In this document: in pieces, positions 52,639 to 64,000 of the stretch
How the letters are laid out: every line of letters starts with the position of its first letter
Numbering within the stretch: position 1 is the first letter of the stretch
Assembly: GCF_006345805.1 (NCBI RefSeq)
Contig: NC_043000.1
Location: forward strand, 97,278,001 to 97,342,000
DNA: 64,000 nucleotides
Reading direction: 5' to 3'
Source: Octopus sinensis
Taxonomy: Eukaryota
Made by a program: the position numbers and the translations under genes
Notes under the pieces: model-generated
The model's database searches: none
What the model was told of the DNA's origin: nothing
What the model saw: only the letters and a program-made list of their open reading frames with translations

Positions 52639-55619
52639 TTATTGCGAAGAACCTCGTCTAATATGTGGCACTTGGTGAAGAATGGAGTTTGATATAGCTA
52701 CCCTCATTTGCACCGCTTGCCGTGAGGTAGGTTCATCTGGGACTCTCGACAGGAAGATGTCCAGCTTTGATTTTAAAACCGCTACATCTACTTTGTGCAA
52801 GTTCCTCAGACTCTTTGGGAGAATATTAAAAAGCTGTGGGCCCTTGAAACCCAGGCTGTTGCAGAAGCTGGTCCTGAAGCGTGATGGCATTGCTGGGATC
52901 TTTGGCACTATGCAGTGTCGTCCCTTTCTAGCATTGGCTTACAATGCCAAAATTTGGCACAATTCCTTCCAGGATCTTCCAGACATATATTACTGCATAC
53001 CTCTCCCGTCTTCTCTCCAGGGAATAGAGTCTTAGCTGTTTCAACCTTTCCCAGTAGCTGAGCTGTTGCAAAGAGACGATCTTCTTTGTGAATCTTCTCT
53101 GGATTGCTTCAAGGTCCGCTGTTAATTTTACACTGGTGGGTGACCATAGCTGTGAGCAGTAATCCAGGCAGCTGAGGACGAATGTCCGCCAGAGGACCAT
53201 CATGGTTTCCTTATCTCTGGTTCTGAATGTTCTTAGGATCCACCCAGCAGTCGTCTGCACTTTGTCGCCATCCTGGTAATGTGCACTTGGAAAGAGGTAT
53301 CATCACTCATGTCGATACCTAGGTCCCTCACAGACTTAGGCTCTGGGATTGTAATTCCCTGTGGACCGGTGTATCCTGTAAGTTTAATATTCAGTTTTGG
53401 ATGCTGGTAGCGCAGAGCCTGGGATTTTTCAGCATTAAACTGCATATTATTATCCTCAGCCCATCTGTAGATTGAGTCCAACTCCTGCTGCAGGTGTGCA
53501 ACATCGCTGGGGTTCTGTATTTTCAGCGAGACTTTCGTATCGTCTGCATAGCTGGCCAGAGTGGCTATCCGGGCATTTGAGGGCATATCTGAGAGGGCCA
53601 CTATAAAAAGCAGTGGTCCCAAGACTGTGCCCTGTGGAACACCGCTCACTATTTGTGTGTTCATAGAGGTGGCTCCATTAACCACTACTGCCTGACTTCT
53701 ATCTTTCAGAAAGTCATGTAACCACACTCGAAGTTTTCCAGCTATGTCGAGGTCATGCAGTTTGTGGCATATCATACCATGATCCACCTTGTCAAAAGCT
53801 TTTGCAAAATCAAGGTAGATTACGTCCACATTTGATTTGTTGAGTAACTGCCTCAACACCCAATCATAATGTTGTAAGAGCTGGGTCAGGCAGCTCCTAC
53901 CTGGTCGAAAACCATGCTGGGTATCAATCACTCAGCAAGTTATTTTCCTCAAGGAATGCGATTAGTTTCTTTCTGACTATCCGTTCCATGACTTTGCTGA
54001 TGTGTGAAGTCAGAGAGATAGGCCTATAGTTTTTGGCATCTGCTCTACTTCCCCCTTTATGTATTGGGCATATTATTCCCTCCTTCAGCTTGCTTGGCAG
54101 TTTGCCATTCGCAAGAAAGTTCTGGAAGAGAATCTTGAGGGGTTTTGCTAGGGCATGCTTACACGCTTTGATGAGGATGGCTGGGAAACCATCTGTACCA
54201 GCAGCTGAGTTTGTGTCCACTTCATCTATGGCTAGTAGGACATCTTTCTCGCTAATGTCAATACATTCTATTGTAACCGCCTCGCTGGTTATAGGTGAGG
54301 CGGCAAAGAAATCCACTGGTTCGTTCACTTGTCTGTGTTCCAACGGGGTGGTAAAGACACTTTTGACTGGTCATTCAGCATCTCACTGATCTTAGTTGGA
54401 CTGTCTGTGAGGGAGCCATCCTTTTGGAGGAGGGGTCCTATCTTGTAGTGCACTGAGACTGTTTCTTTCGCGTAATGAAAGAAGGCCTTTGGGTTTGATT
54501 TAATATTTTTTATAACCCAGGTTTCTTTGTCTGCTTTCTCCTTCACATAGGATTGTTGCAGCCTTTTTTCGATCTCCATCAGTGTTGTTTTTAGGCGGGA
54601 CGTTTCGCTACTTTTGGGATGCTGGTTGAGACGATTTGAAACCTTCGTCCGTCGTCTCATGGGGATCTTCCTGTCTCTTGGAATCTTGCTCCTATTTGTT
54701 TTGGCCTTGTGCTCTGGGACATATTTCTGGCATACGGCTTGCACAGAAGACATGAAACATTCTAGTTTCATGTCAATGTCTGGTGTGGAGAGACATTCCG
54801 GCCAGTCCTCTCTGAGGATCTCTTTTTGGATCGATTTCCAATCTGCTTTGTGGAAGTTCAGATTGGAGAGATTTCGGGTGCTTCCTTTAGGTTGTATGTC
54901 TCTGGTTACTTTTGGCCCAAACATAGACAGCTCTATTATGTTGTGATCCGAAACTGATGTCGGTGTCACTTTCACATCATGAATGATGTCCATATTGTTC
55001 TTGAAGCAGAGATCCAGAATGTTATTCGCCCTAGTTGGCTTGAGTACAACTTGCTCCATGAATAAGGCATTGGTGAGGTTGAGCAGGGACTCCACCTGTA
55101 CTTGCTTGCAATGATTCATTCCTGAGAGTATGTGACCTTCGGGCCATTTGACGTTGGGGAAGTTGAAATCACCCATAAGAAATATGGTCACGTGGTGTTC
55201 CAGATTCATGAGGATTTCTTTAATTCTTATGAGGCAATCTTCAAACTTGCCTGTGTGATTTGGGGCACCCGGTGGGCAATATGTATTGCATATGACTATA
55301 TTATGTTGTCTTATGTATACAATTAAAGTGTCACATACCGAATTTGAGTATGTCATTAAGACCTGGGATGTGAGGTCATCTCGGATGTATACAGCAACTC
55401 TACCATGGCTTCTTTCCCTTCTGTCTGTTCGCAGTATGGCATAGTTTGGTCCTCTATATCAGGGTTGAGGTGAGTTTCCACAAGTGCTATGCATAGGGTT
55501 TGATTGCATGCAGTAAGATCTCTCAGGAAAGAAATTTTGTTTCTATTTTGATGCAACAGGCCCCCAATATTTAGTAAAAGTATTGGGGTGACGGCTGTGC
55601 AGGCGTTAGGGGAGGCCAT
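52639..55619 (-). pseudogene. ORF2 (APE endonuclease and reverse transcriptase), frameshifted
   Basis: LLNIGGL, ALVETHL, YCPP, MGDFNFP, LDLCF, SDHNII; NYRPISLTS, QHGFRPGRSC, YLDFAKAFDKV, GVPQGTVLGPLLF, YADDTK; YSLERRRERY, LKSKLDIFLSRVPDEP. Confidence 0.9.
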
Positions 55620-55679
55620 CCCGTGTCTGTTGACTGTGGTGGTCTTGCATAGTGGTGGGCAGGGTTCCTTCTCTGTGCT

Positions 55680-56526
55680 TGGTGTAGCCAGGTTAGCTGC
55701 CGGACAATTCTTTGCGCCATGCATAAAAAAGATTCTTGCTCAGCTGCTGCGTTGCGCAGAACATCTGACTAGCGCACTTCGTTTTTGAAAGTTTTCCTGG
55801 GAGACATTTTTTGTGTTCCCTCGGTAAAGCTTTTCTCTTTGAGTCCCCTGAAGTTCTGGCGGGGTGTCGGGTGGGCGAAACGGCAGTTTTTGCCGTCCTC
55901 ACCATGCCAACTTTTCCCCGCAGGTAGAACTTTCAGGTTCTTCGGTGCCTACCAGATTTCTTCTTTCCTGAAGTGTACTGAGTGGCATTGGATCCTCCAT
56001 GGGGTTCTCTGCTGTTTGTATGGTGGGATGGGGTTTCGGCTTTGGTTGTTTTGCCTTTTCCTCCTTTTCCCTCCTTAATTTTGTTTTCGGTCCTTCCTTT
56101 TTTCTTCTGTTTTTCTAATTTTTCATTTCTTTGTAGGACCATTGGTACAGGGAGGCTTCCGGTTTCTGCTCCCTTGGCTCCCCTATCCTTCACTACCTGG
56201 TCGTTCACCGGGGTAGGTGATCCATTTTCCTGAGGAACCCCTGGATCACAGAGACTTCCGGCTTCCTTCTCTTTTTCGTCCTCTTCATCTTCATCAGCCT
56301 TGCCACAATAATTTTCAATTATGTGATCCAGTGTTTTGATGTGTGGTCTTATAAGCATGTAAGACCGGATAAATTCGCCTTTTTCTCTTTCTATTTGGTC
56401 AATGATTCTATGAAATCCATTGTTCTTTAGCGCGGCAGTGATGATGTTGTTCGGCGGATCGCCACTGGCAATCGCCCATGCTCTTAGCAGAAGATCTAAC
56501 TCTTTCTTTTCCCACCTTGGTGACAT
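55680..56526 (-). pseudogene. ORF1 with degenerate CCCH zinc-finger(s)
   Basis: MSPRWEKK... basic/acidic linker, then (C>stop)KFYLRGK(fs C)WHGEDGKNCRFAHP reconstructed across a stop and a frameshift at about 55860-55935. Confidence 0.6.
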
Positions 56527-56569
56527 CTTCGTTTTGAAGTCCAGAGGGGGAGTAGAAGTTACAGAGGTA

Positions 56570-57190
56570 ATGAGGGATAGAGAGAGGTAGAGACGGAGAA
56601 ACACAGAGGGGGGAAATAGGGAAAGAGAGAGGGAGATAGGAAGGAAAGAGAGAGGTGCTATGAAAGAAATCGAGAGGGTGATAGGAGGAAAGCAAGGGGG
56701 TGTGGTGTGTTAAAGAGATAGAGGAAGGTAGGGGAGGGGGAGAGGAGAGGAATAGAAGGAGAGACAGAGTGAAGGAGAAGAGGGGAAGAGAAAGAGAGGC
56801 GGAGTGAAGGAGAGGAGGAAGAGAAAGAGAAAACAGAGGGAGGGAGAGGATAGCAAGAGAAAGAGAGACAGAGTGAAGGAGACAGGATGAAGGATGTGAG
56901 AGAGAGGGAGAGACGGTGTGAGAAGAATGGGCGAATGAGAAGTATATGAGAGAGAGGGTGAGGTGACAAGAGGAGAGGTAGTTGTGAGATGGAAAGGAAA
57001 GAGAAATGAGAGAAGAGGGGGATATGAAAGGGGGGAGAAGATATGAGAAAAGAGTAAGATATGCAAGAGAGAGGGAAAGGGTAAGCGTAAAGAGAGATAA
57101 AGGAAGGGAGAAATGAGCTGGAAATGGGATAATATATGCAAGGGAGGAGAGAGGAGGTAGAAGAAAGTGAGGAAATGAAGGAATTATTTA
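56570..57190. repeat. Approximately 620-bp purine-rich (GA) low-complexity tract upstream of the LINE ORF1
   Basis: Direct reading; strongly G/A-skewed on the plus strand. Confidence 0.85.
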
Positions 57191-57784
57191 ATTCTAAACT
57201 AATTACAGGAAAATAAACATATGAAAAGAATTTTTAAATGTTGGTTTTATAGAGATGACATTAAAGGTAGATTGAAAGCGAAACAGAAATTGAAAGAAAT
57301 TTATTCTCAGAATGTAAACTAAGATGGCGTCGTAAATCGAAACTGAGATGTTAGCTTATATTAAAGGAAAATAAAAGATTAATAAACAAACTGGAAGCGA
57401 TACTTATCGTAAAAGGTACAGTCCAAACCCTCGTGCTTGTACGGAGAAGTTTTCTTTCACAACAGAAAAGAAAACAATTCTTTTTCCTTCTTACATTTGG
57501 CTGGAGATAAATTAAAGACTTGCCACCACGTGCTTTTTCGGCGAAGAATCTAGCATGCGTACCTAACTTTACTGTATTATATTTGGCTTTAAGCGAAATA
57601 TATTACGTTTGTAATTAATATATTTTTAATTAATGTATCTTTGTAGATTTTATGAGTTAACAAGTTCCACGTTTTGTAGATTATTTCATCGATTTTGGCA
57701 ACGTTTTTGTTTTTTCACAGAGCAAAAGCATACACGTCTTTCCTCTATGAAAACCGGAAGTATAATAATAATAATAATAATAAA

Positions 57785-57822
<38 letters not shown>

Positions 57823-57907
57823 ATATATGTATGTGTGTGTATGTATGTATGTATGTATGTATGTATTATGTATGTATGTATGTATGTATGTATGTATATA
57901 TTGTATA

Positions 57908-58130
57908 CAGTAATCCCTCGCCATATCGCAGTTCACCTATCGCGGTTTATGATTTAAGCTTACGTTGATTTCTCCGTAGTGTTTGCATTTATAATTATAT
58001 ATATATATATATATATATGCAAATTATAAAGATAATAAAAAAAAACTATACAGTACAGAACTGTTTCTACTTTGTGAATTTTCACCTACCGCGGGGATTT
58101 TGGAACGTCATACCCGCATAGTCGATACTG
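57908..58130. mobile_element. Tigger/pogo-like MITE remnant
   Basis: TA-CAGTAATCCCTCG start and ..ATACTG-TA end, with internal CACCTATCGCGG / CACCTACCGCGG repeats. Confidence 0.55.
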
Positions 58131-58736
58131 TACATACGTTATATTTATATGCATGTAATGTATGCATGATGTTTGTATACTTACAATTACTTACCTCAAA
58201 AGCCAGCTGTTCAAGACCTGTAGTCGAACTCGATATACAAGATTAGTCCACTATTTGTGACAAGAACTATTGTCCCGAGGATAATGACATATTACACCAT
58301 ACACTGATGCATAATACAAATTACAATACAGTTTGGGTGACTTTGAAAATGACTAATGTAATTTACATTAATATTGTTATTATAATTGTTATTTTTTGAT
58401 ATAAACATTTGCATAATTATTTTTCCCAAATTAAAAGAAAGACCTGAGAAACAAACTTGCTTTAAATCAATGTTGTGAGAAAATATTTTATTCATTTTTG
58501 TCTTCACATTATTAATATCACTGTTTCAAAGAAAAAAAGGACAGAGGGGAAAAAATGAGGAAAACGAACAGGAAAAAAAGGAAGAAGGAAAAAAATAGAA
58601 TGATGAATACGATTTAACTTTTCCATCACTTGGCTTTAATTCAAATGCGTATGGAGACGCAGTTACATACACAAATGCGTACATACATGCATACATACGC
58701 ATATATTTATGTATGCATGTATGTGTATATATATAT

Positions 58737-58773
<37 letters not shown>

Positions 58774-58849
58774 GTGTATGCATATTATATATATATATAT
58801 ATATATATATCATATATATATTATATATATATATACATACATATACGTA

Positions 58850-59372
58850 AGAAACTATGAAGAAAAAGAAGAACACAACAAAAGCTATAAAACAAATGAA
58901 ATCCAAACTAGAACTAGAACAGCAGCAGATCATGAAAAAACGATGGCAAGAAAAGCCCCTTCATGGCAAATATTGGGGTAAACTAAATTCAAAAGAAATA
59001 GACAAAGCATTATAGACATATAATGAAAAGAAACATAACAGGTAATTGCAGAATATGTTGAGATAGACAAGAAACAACAAATCATATTGTCTCTGGCTGC
59101 CCAGTCCTGGCTAAGAAGGAATATGTTCACAGACACGACAGAGTTGGGACCTACATACACTGGAAGCTATGCCAACACTATGGAATAACAACAGAAAAAA
59201 GAAAAGGTCACAGAAAATGAGAAAGCAACAATAGTATGAGATATGCCAATACACACAGATACAGAAATTAAGGCCAATAGGCCAGATGTAAGTTGTCAGA
59301 AATCATGAAGAAAAAATGCTTTCTAATTAATGTATCAATACCAGCAGATGACATCATTTCTCTTTAAAAAAT
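58850..59372 (+). mobile_element. R4/Dong-type LINE internal fragment
   Basis: RWQEKPLHGKY, HIVSGCPVLAKKEYVHRHDRVG.YIHWKLC, PIHTDTEIKANRPD. Same subfamily as 33419-34207. Confidence 0.8.
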
Positions 59373-59465
59373 TGTACTTATTTTATCGACCCTGAAAGGA
59401 TGAAAGTTAAAGTCAACCTCGGCGAAATTTGAACTCAGAACGTAGCAGCAGATGAAATACTGCTA
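59373..59465 (-). mobile_element. SINE family B fragment
   Basis: AAAGTCAACCTCGGCGAAATTTGAACTCAGAACGT. Confidence 0.75.
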
Positions 59466-59545
59466 ACCCTAACCCAAACCCCAACTTTTGTCATTCTTAT
59501 GACTTCTGAATACTGCGTACATACATATATATGTGAACACATACG

Positions 59546-59587
<42 letters not shown>

Positions 59588-59668
59588 GTGTATACATAGC
59601 GATATGATTAAAATTGTATATATTTTTGACGTCATTGGAAGTTTAGAAACTTCGACAGAACTTGAAGT

Positions 59669-59823
59669 AATTCATTTTTAACGGTTGAATTCGAGACCGC
59701 AAAGCTATAAATGATAGCGTGTAAATATTGGGTTAAACTCTTTTTGGAAAGATTTTCAACTCGATATTTACACGCTATTATTTACAGCTTTTCTGCTTCG
59801 AGTTCAAGCGATAAAAACGAATT
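59669..59823. repeat. 155-bp spacerless imperfect palindrome (foldback)
   Basis: Arms pair from AATTCATTTTTAACG / CGATAAAAACGAATT inward to a TTGG loop at 59744-59747. The core 28-bp IR has 2 mismatches. Confidence 0.8.
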
Positions 59824-60279
59824 TTGTATGCGCGTATGTGTGTGTACACATATGTATATATTGTATGTGGGTATATGTGTGCCTATGTCCGTGTGTATGA
59901 CGATGTGAGTATATGTTTGTTTGTGTGTGCGTGCAGTTGTGTATGTGTATATTTCTCGTAATTCTCCTTTTGCGGAAGAAAATACTTGACACAACTTTTA
60001 CTACAACGCAACCAAAATCAGAAATGTCTGTTAACTAGCTGAAATAGTGAAGATGTGTACTTTGAATTCACCGAAACCTATAATCAGGTCGATTGGAGCA
60101 TAGTTTAGTTACAAACTAAATAACGTTGGCATAGCTTAAATATTGATCACATCTGAAGCTAATATCAAAAGAATGTAGCTTGCAGAACTCTACTCAGAAA
60201 GTTGTATTAAATGCCACTGTTCTTGCTAATTTCCTTTTTTCTCTGTCTTGTTGTCAGATATAGACGAATATGCATATTA

Positions 60280-60448
60280 GGTCCAAGCATGCAGTAAGAA
60301 GTTTGCTTCTCAACCACATAGTTTTGGGTTTAGCGTAGCACCTTGGGCAAACGTTATATATTACAACGCAAGACTGACTAATACGTCGTGAGTGGGTTTG
60401 ATAGACAGAAACTGAAAAAGTCCGTTGCATATATATGTGTGTATGCAT

Positions 60449-60479
<31 letters not shown>

Positions 60480-60780
60480 TGTGCATGTGTGTGTGCATGT
60501 AAATGTGAATGTGCCTTTGTGTTCATGCTTGTCTCCACCGTTTTACAACCTCTGTTGATTTGATTACGTCCACGTAACTTAGCGGTTCGGCAAAAGGTTC
60601 GCTAGAATAAGTACAAGGCATAAAAATGATAAGTGCTGGGGTCGATTTGTTCGACTAAGACTCTACAGGGCAGTGCTCCAGCCTGGGCGAGTGTCTTCTA
60701 CAATTGCCTTGAGTCGACTAAAACCTTGTGAGTGGATTTGGTAGACAGAATTTGGAAGAAGACCATCTTGTGTGCGTGTG
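60280..60780 (+). mobile_element. SINE family A, rearranged or partly duplicated
   Basis: Head, body, microsatellite and 3' part, followed by a second body segment. Confidence 0.65.
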
Positions 60781-61185
60781 TGTGTGTGTGTATGTATGTG
60801 TATACGCATATTCACACCTACACCACCCACGCCGCAGCACATTAACGGAGTTCCCTTTCTGTTAAAGTCAAGTGTATGCAGTCAAAACCGTGAGCATAGT
60901 CACACTTCAAGACTAAGGCACCAAAAACCAACAAACATACACACACGTATCAGAAAGCAGTGTAATTACTATGTCAGTATATCCAGTGACCTACTATTGT
61001 TGACAAATGTATTGCTAGCCTACTTTCATGTATTTTATACATTTGTGTATGTATATCTGTGTGTGCGCGCAGAGTGTGTGTATGTATATATATATATATT
61101 AATATATATAATATATATATATAATAATATATGTATGTATATTTTGTATATAAATGTATGTATATATATATATTATATATATATA

Positions 61186-61231
<46 letters not shown>

Positions 61232-61736
61232 CATGTATGTTATACATTTATATACATATATGCGCACGCTTTTATACGGTTTCTAATTTAGTATTAATTT
61301 GGGATAATCGTGTGTATATCATTATATATCAAAGTCTTTCGACATGAATCTTGAAATAGGGCACTAGATTCTATTATGTGCGTCTGTAAGTAAGTGTATG
61401 TGCAGGTGTATGTGAGTATGTGTATTTGAATATAGATTATATATATATGTAGGATAATATATGTATGTATATGTGAATATATATATTATATATATATATA
61501 TATAATATATATATACATATATACTATATAATATATATATATAATATATTATATACATATATAATATATATATATATATATAATATATATATATTATATA
61601 TATATTATACATACATATATATTGCATGCCAGAACTAAAAGGATGTATATACATATGAGCATGTGTGTATGTATGTTTAAACATGTGTCTGCATGCTGTA
61701 TCTATGTGTGTGTATGTGTGTGTGTGTGTGTGTGTG

Positions 61737-61826
<90 letters not shown>
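61737..61826. repeat. (GCGT)n microsatellite
   Basis: Direct reading; CpG-rich alternating purine-pyrimidine tract. Confidence 0.95.
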
Positions 61827-62097
61827 ACACATAATACTTTTATGTTTTTGCCTTCAGAAGTGAAAAAGTCAAAGGATACACCGTCAGTGATGTTGAATAA
61901 TTTTTTGATTGTCTTCCGTGCATATGAGTATATAAGAAACGGTGCGTGTATATATGAAAGTATGCCCATGTATAATGGGCATTTATGTACGTAAGTATAT
62001 GTGCGTATATGAACATACTTGTAGATGAAAGTTAGACATATAAAGACGCACATAAAATACACACATACACATATATTTATGTGTACGTCTCTTCAAT

Positions 62098-63325
62098 TTT
62101 TTATTTATTATAAATCTTCCACCGAGGCGGGAGCCGGTGTCCAACAAAGATACAAGGCTCTATCTTTGGGATGTAGTTAACACAGACAAATTCACATTTG
62201 CATCTTGAGAAAAGTCTTGCATATTTTTACTGTTCCACTCACAGATTGCACTTGTAATGCACGAATCAGCCGAGCAATTTCTCTTTCTGAAAATCCCAGT
62301 TTATTCAAATTCTCCTTTAAGCATTTACTAACAAAGCCTAGTGTTCCAATTATTATTGGTGTGAATATGAATTCATAATCTGGATATAGAAGTTGGAGGT
62401 TTCGAAGCAATTATCCATAGATATCCTCTTTTTCTTCGATTTTCAAAGAGATGTTTATATCTACAGGACAGCTAATCTCTATGATGGTACATACTTTTGC
62501 CCTTCTGTCCCAAACAACAATATCTAGCCTGTTATGCTTACATTTGACAAAAGTTTTGATGGGAATATTCCACCAGTATTCCTTAAGTTGGTGTTATGAA
62601 AGTATTCCATAACAAAGGGATTTTCTAAGTTTATTTAAGGAGAGTCTTTCTTGCGGATTGCATTGTGAATTGTTTTAGCAACAACATCGTGTTGCATAGG
62701 GAGGTAGTACCATGACAACATTTTAGGACAGCTGCTAATCATATACGTAATATCTTCCACAGAAGCATTACATCCTACACATGCGGTTGGGATTACAAGA
62801 GACGTCACTGTCTCTCTTGTTCACCAGATATTTTGTGGCAAATTCCTGTTCCTGGATTGCGAACACATATAGCCTTCAAAGTGTGATGTGATATAATGGT
62901 CTTGTGTCCAAGAGAGGCTGCGCATCGTGTCAATTCTACTGTCTTCTTCAAGCTTCTGGGAAACATACCCATGTATGGTTTTTTTTTTGTATGCTAAGTG
63001 CTTTCCATCCAGGTCTTCTCTGAGGTAAGAGAGCCCAGCTGTTTTGGGGCTGTATAAGAGATCATCAGGAAGAGAGTGTTTCTTGAGTTCACTGCCATCT
63101 TGTACAATGTTGCTCACTTCACTTTTCAGGACTGCATTAATATATTTATTTTTGCTGCTGTTGTTTAACAGGTGCTGCCTGAGTGATATAATACGGCATT
63201 CGAAGGCCGTCTGCACTAATCTTAGGCCTCTAACACCTTCATTTCTTCTTAGGTAGAGCCTGTCAACATCACTGTTTTTGTGGAAGTTCCCAGTTGTTGT
63301 CAGGATTTTGCAGGTTTTGATATTT
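62098..63325 (-). mobile_element. R4/Dong-type LINE 3' fragment (fourth subfamily)
   Basis: DVDRLYLRRNEGVRGL, ITYMISSCPK..YYLPMQHDVV, KHNRLDIVVWD..CTIIEISCP, FTPIIIGTLG. Confidence 0.85.
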
Positions 63326-64000
63326 ATGGAGTGGCTGTATGTATGTATGTATGTATGTATGTATGTATGTATGCATGCATGTATGTATGTATGTATGTAT
63401 GTATGTATGTATGTATGTATGTATGTATGTATGTATGTGTGCGTATATGTATGTGTCTGCGGGCACGTAGACTGGTACACACTTATATGCAGATATGAAT
63501 ATATGTGACTATATGAATAAATACATATGCATATGCAAACCCTAGCCGAGATTTTCTACCAGATCCTTTCCATTGTTCTCGCCATTAGCTCTTGAACATT
63601 TGTGAGGGTCGACCGCCAAATTCAGATAAGTCCTATTGTTCAAGTGAATATTCCTGGGTTAACGTAGGTAATCCAATTTATTTCCCATCATTCTCAGACC
63701 TACATTCGGCTTTCCAACATGTATAAATACGAATCCTCTATGTATATTAGGGGACAATTGTTTTCGCTTTCAGACGCCGCACGTCTTTCTATTTCTACCA
63801 AACAAACTCTTCCCAACATCCGCAATAGACACAGTCATTATCAAAGGCACAACGAACCTTGTCATTGTTATTTCCCATTTTGCCACAGTAAAACAGCCGA
63901 CTAATTCAGTCTTTCATATATTGAACCTAAAATCGAATTCCTAGAAAAATAAAATCTGTAAGAAATAACTTTTTCTGTTGATTTTTATGGTGCATATTAC

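Larger units (their letters stand above)
52570..56604 (-). mobile_element. Near full-length CR1/L2-group LINE, inactive
   Basis: ORF1 with CCCH-type finger remnants, ORF2 APE-RT in several frames, and a short 3' UTR with a stem-loop and A/TAA tail. Confidence 0.88.

Noticed and set aside
63719-63960. Open frames and splice-like signals on both strands at the window end
   Set aside because: Candidates conflict, no protein is recognisable, and the region is truncated by the window edge.

Overview
AT-rich, microsatellite-dense eukaryotic genomic DNA, most likely an octopus or other coleoid cephalopod. This is inferred from composition and recalled octopus-type tRNA-derived SINEs, not from a search. 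No host protein-coding gene could be identified with confidence, and almost all short ORFs in the supplied track are microsatellite artefacts. The window is a transposon graveyard. It holds a full-length Tx1-clade LINE (273-5933, minus) with an intact ORF1 and a broken ORF2, sitting inside a (TATC)n tract. It also holds a near full-length CR1/L2-group LINE with a CCCH-finger ORF1 (52570-56604, minus), six R4/Dong-type fragments (three bounded by (TAA)n-type repeats), a twin-primed RTE insertion, three SINE families and MITE-like foldbacks. Four observations stand out. (1) At least five unrelated short Penelope-like repeat families carry minimal type I hammerhead-ribozyme motifs, including a 576-bp palindrome with an intact core in each arm (27436-28011) and a tandem unit with an apparent natural G3:C8 compensatory core (50298-50346, 50599-50647). 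(2) The Tx1 element may target (TATC)n. (3) Two LINE-SINE pairs are visible within the window through shared 3' stem-loops, one with compensatory base changes. (4) Two short patchwork insertions are each copied from two separate nearby sites. All coordinates were read by eye and ends may be off by some bases.
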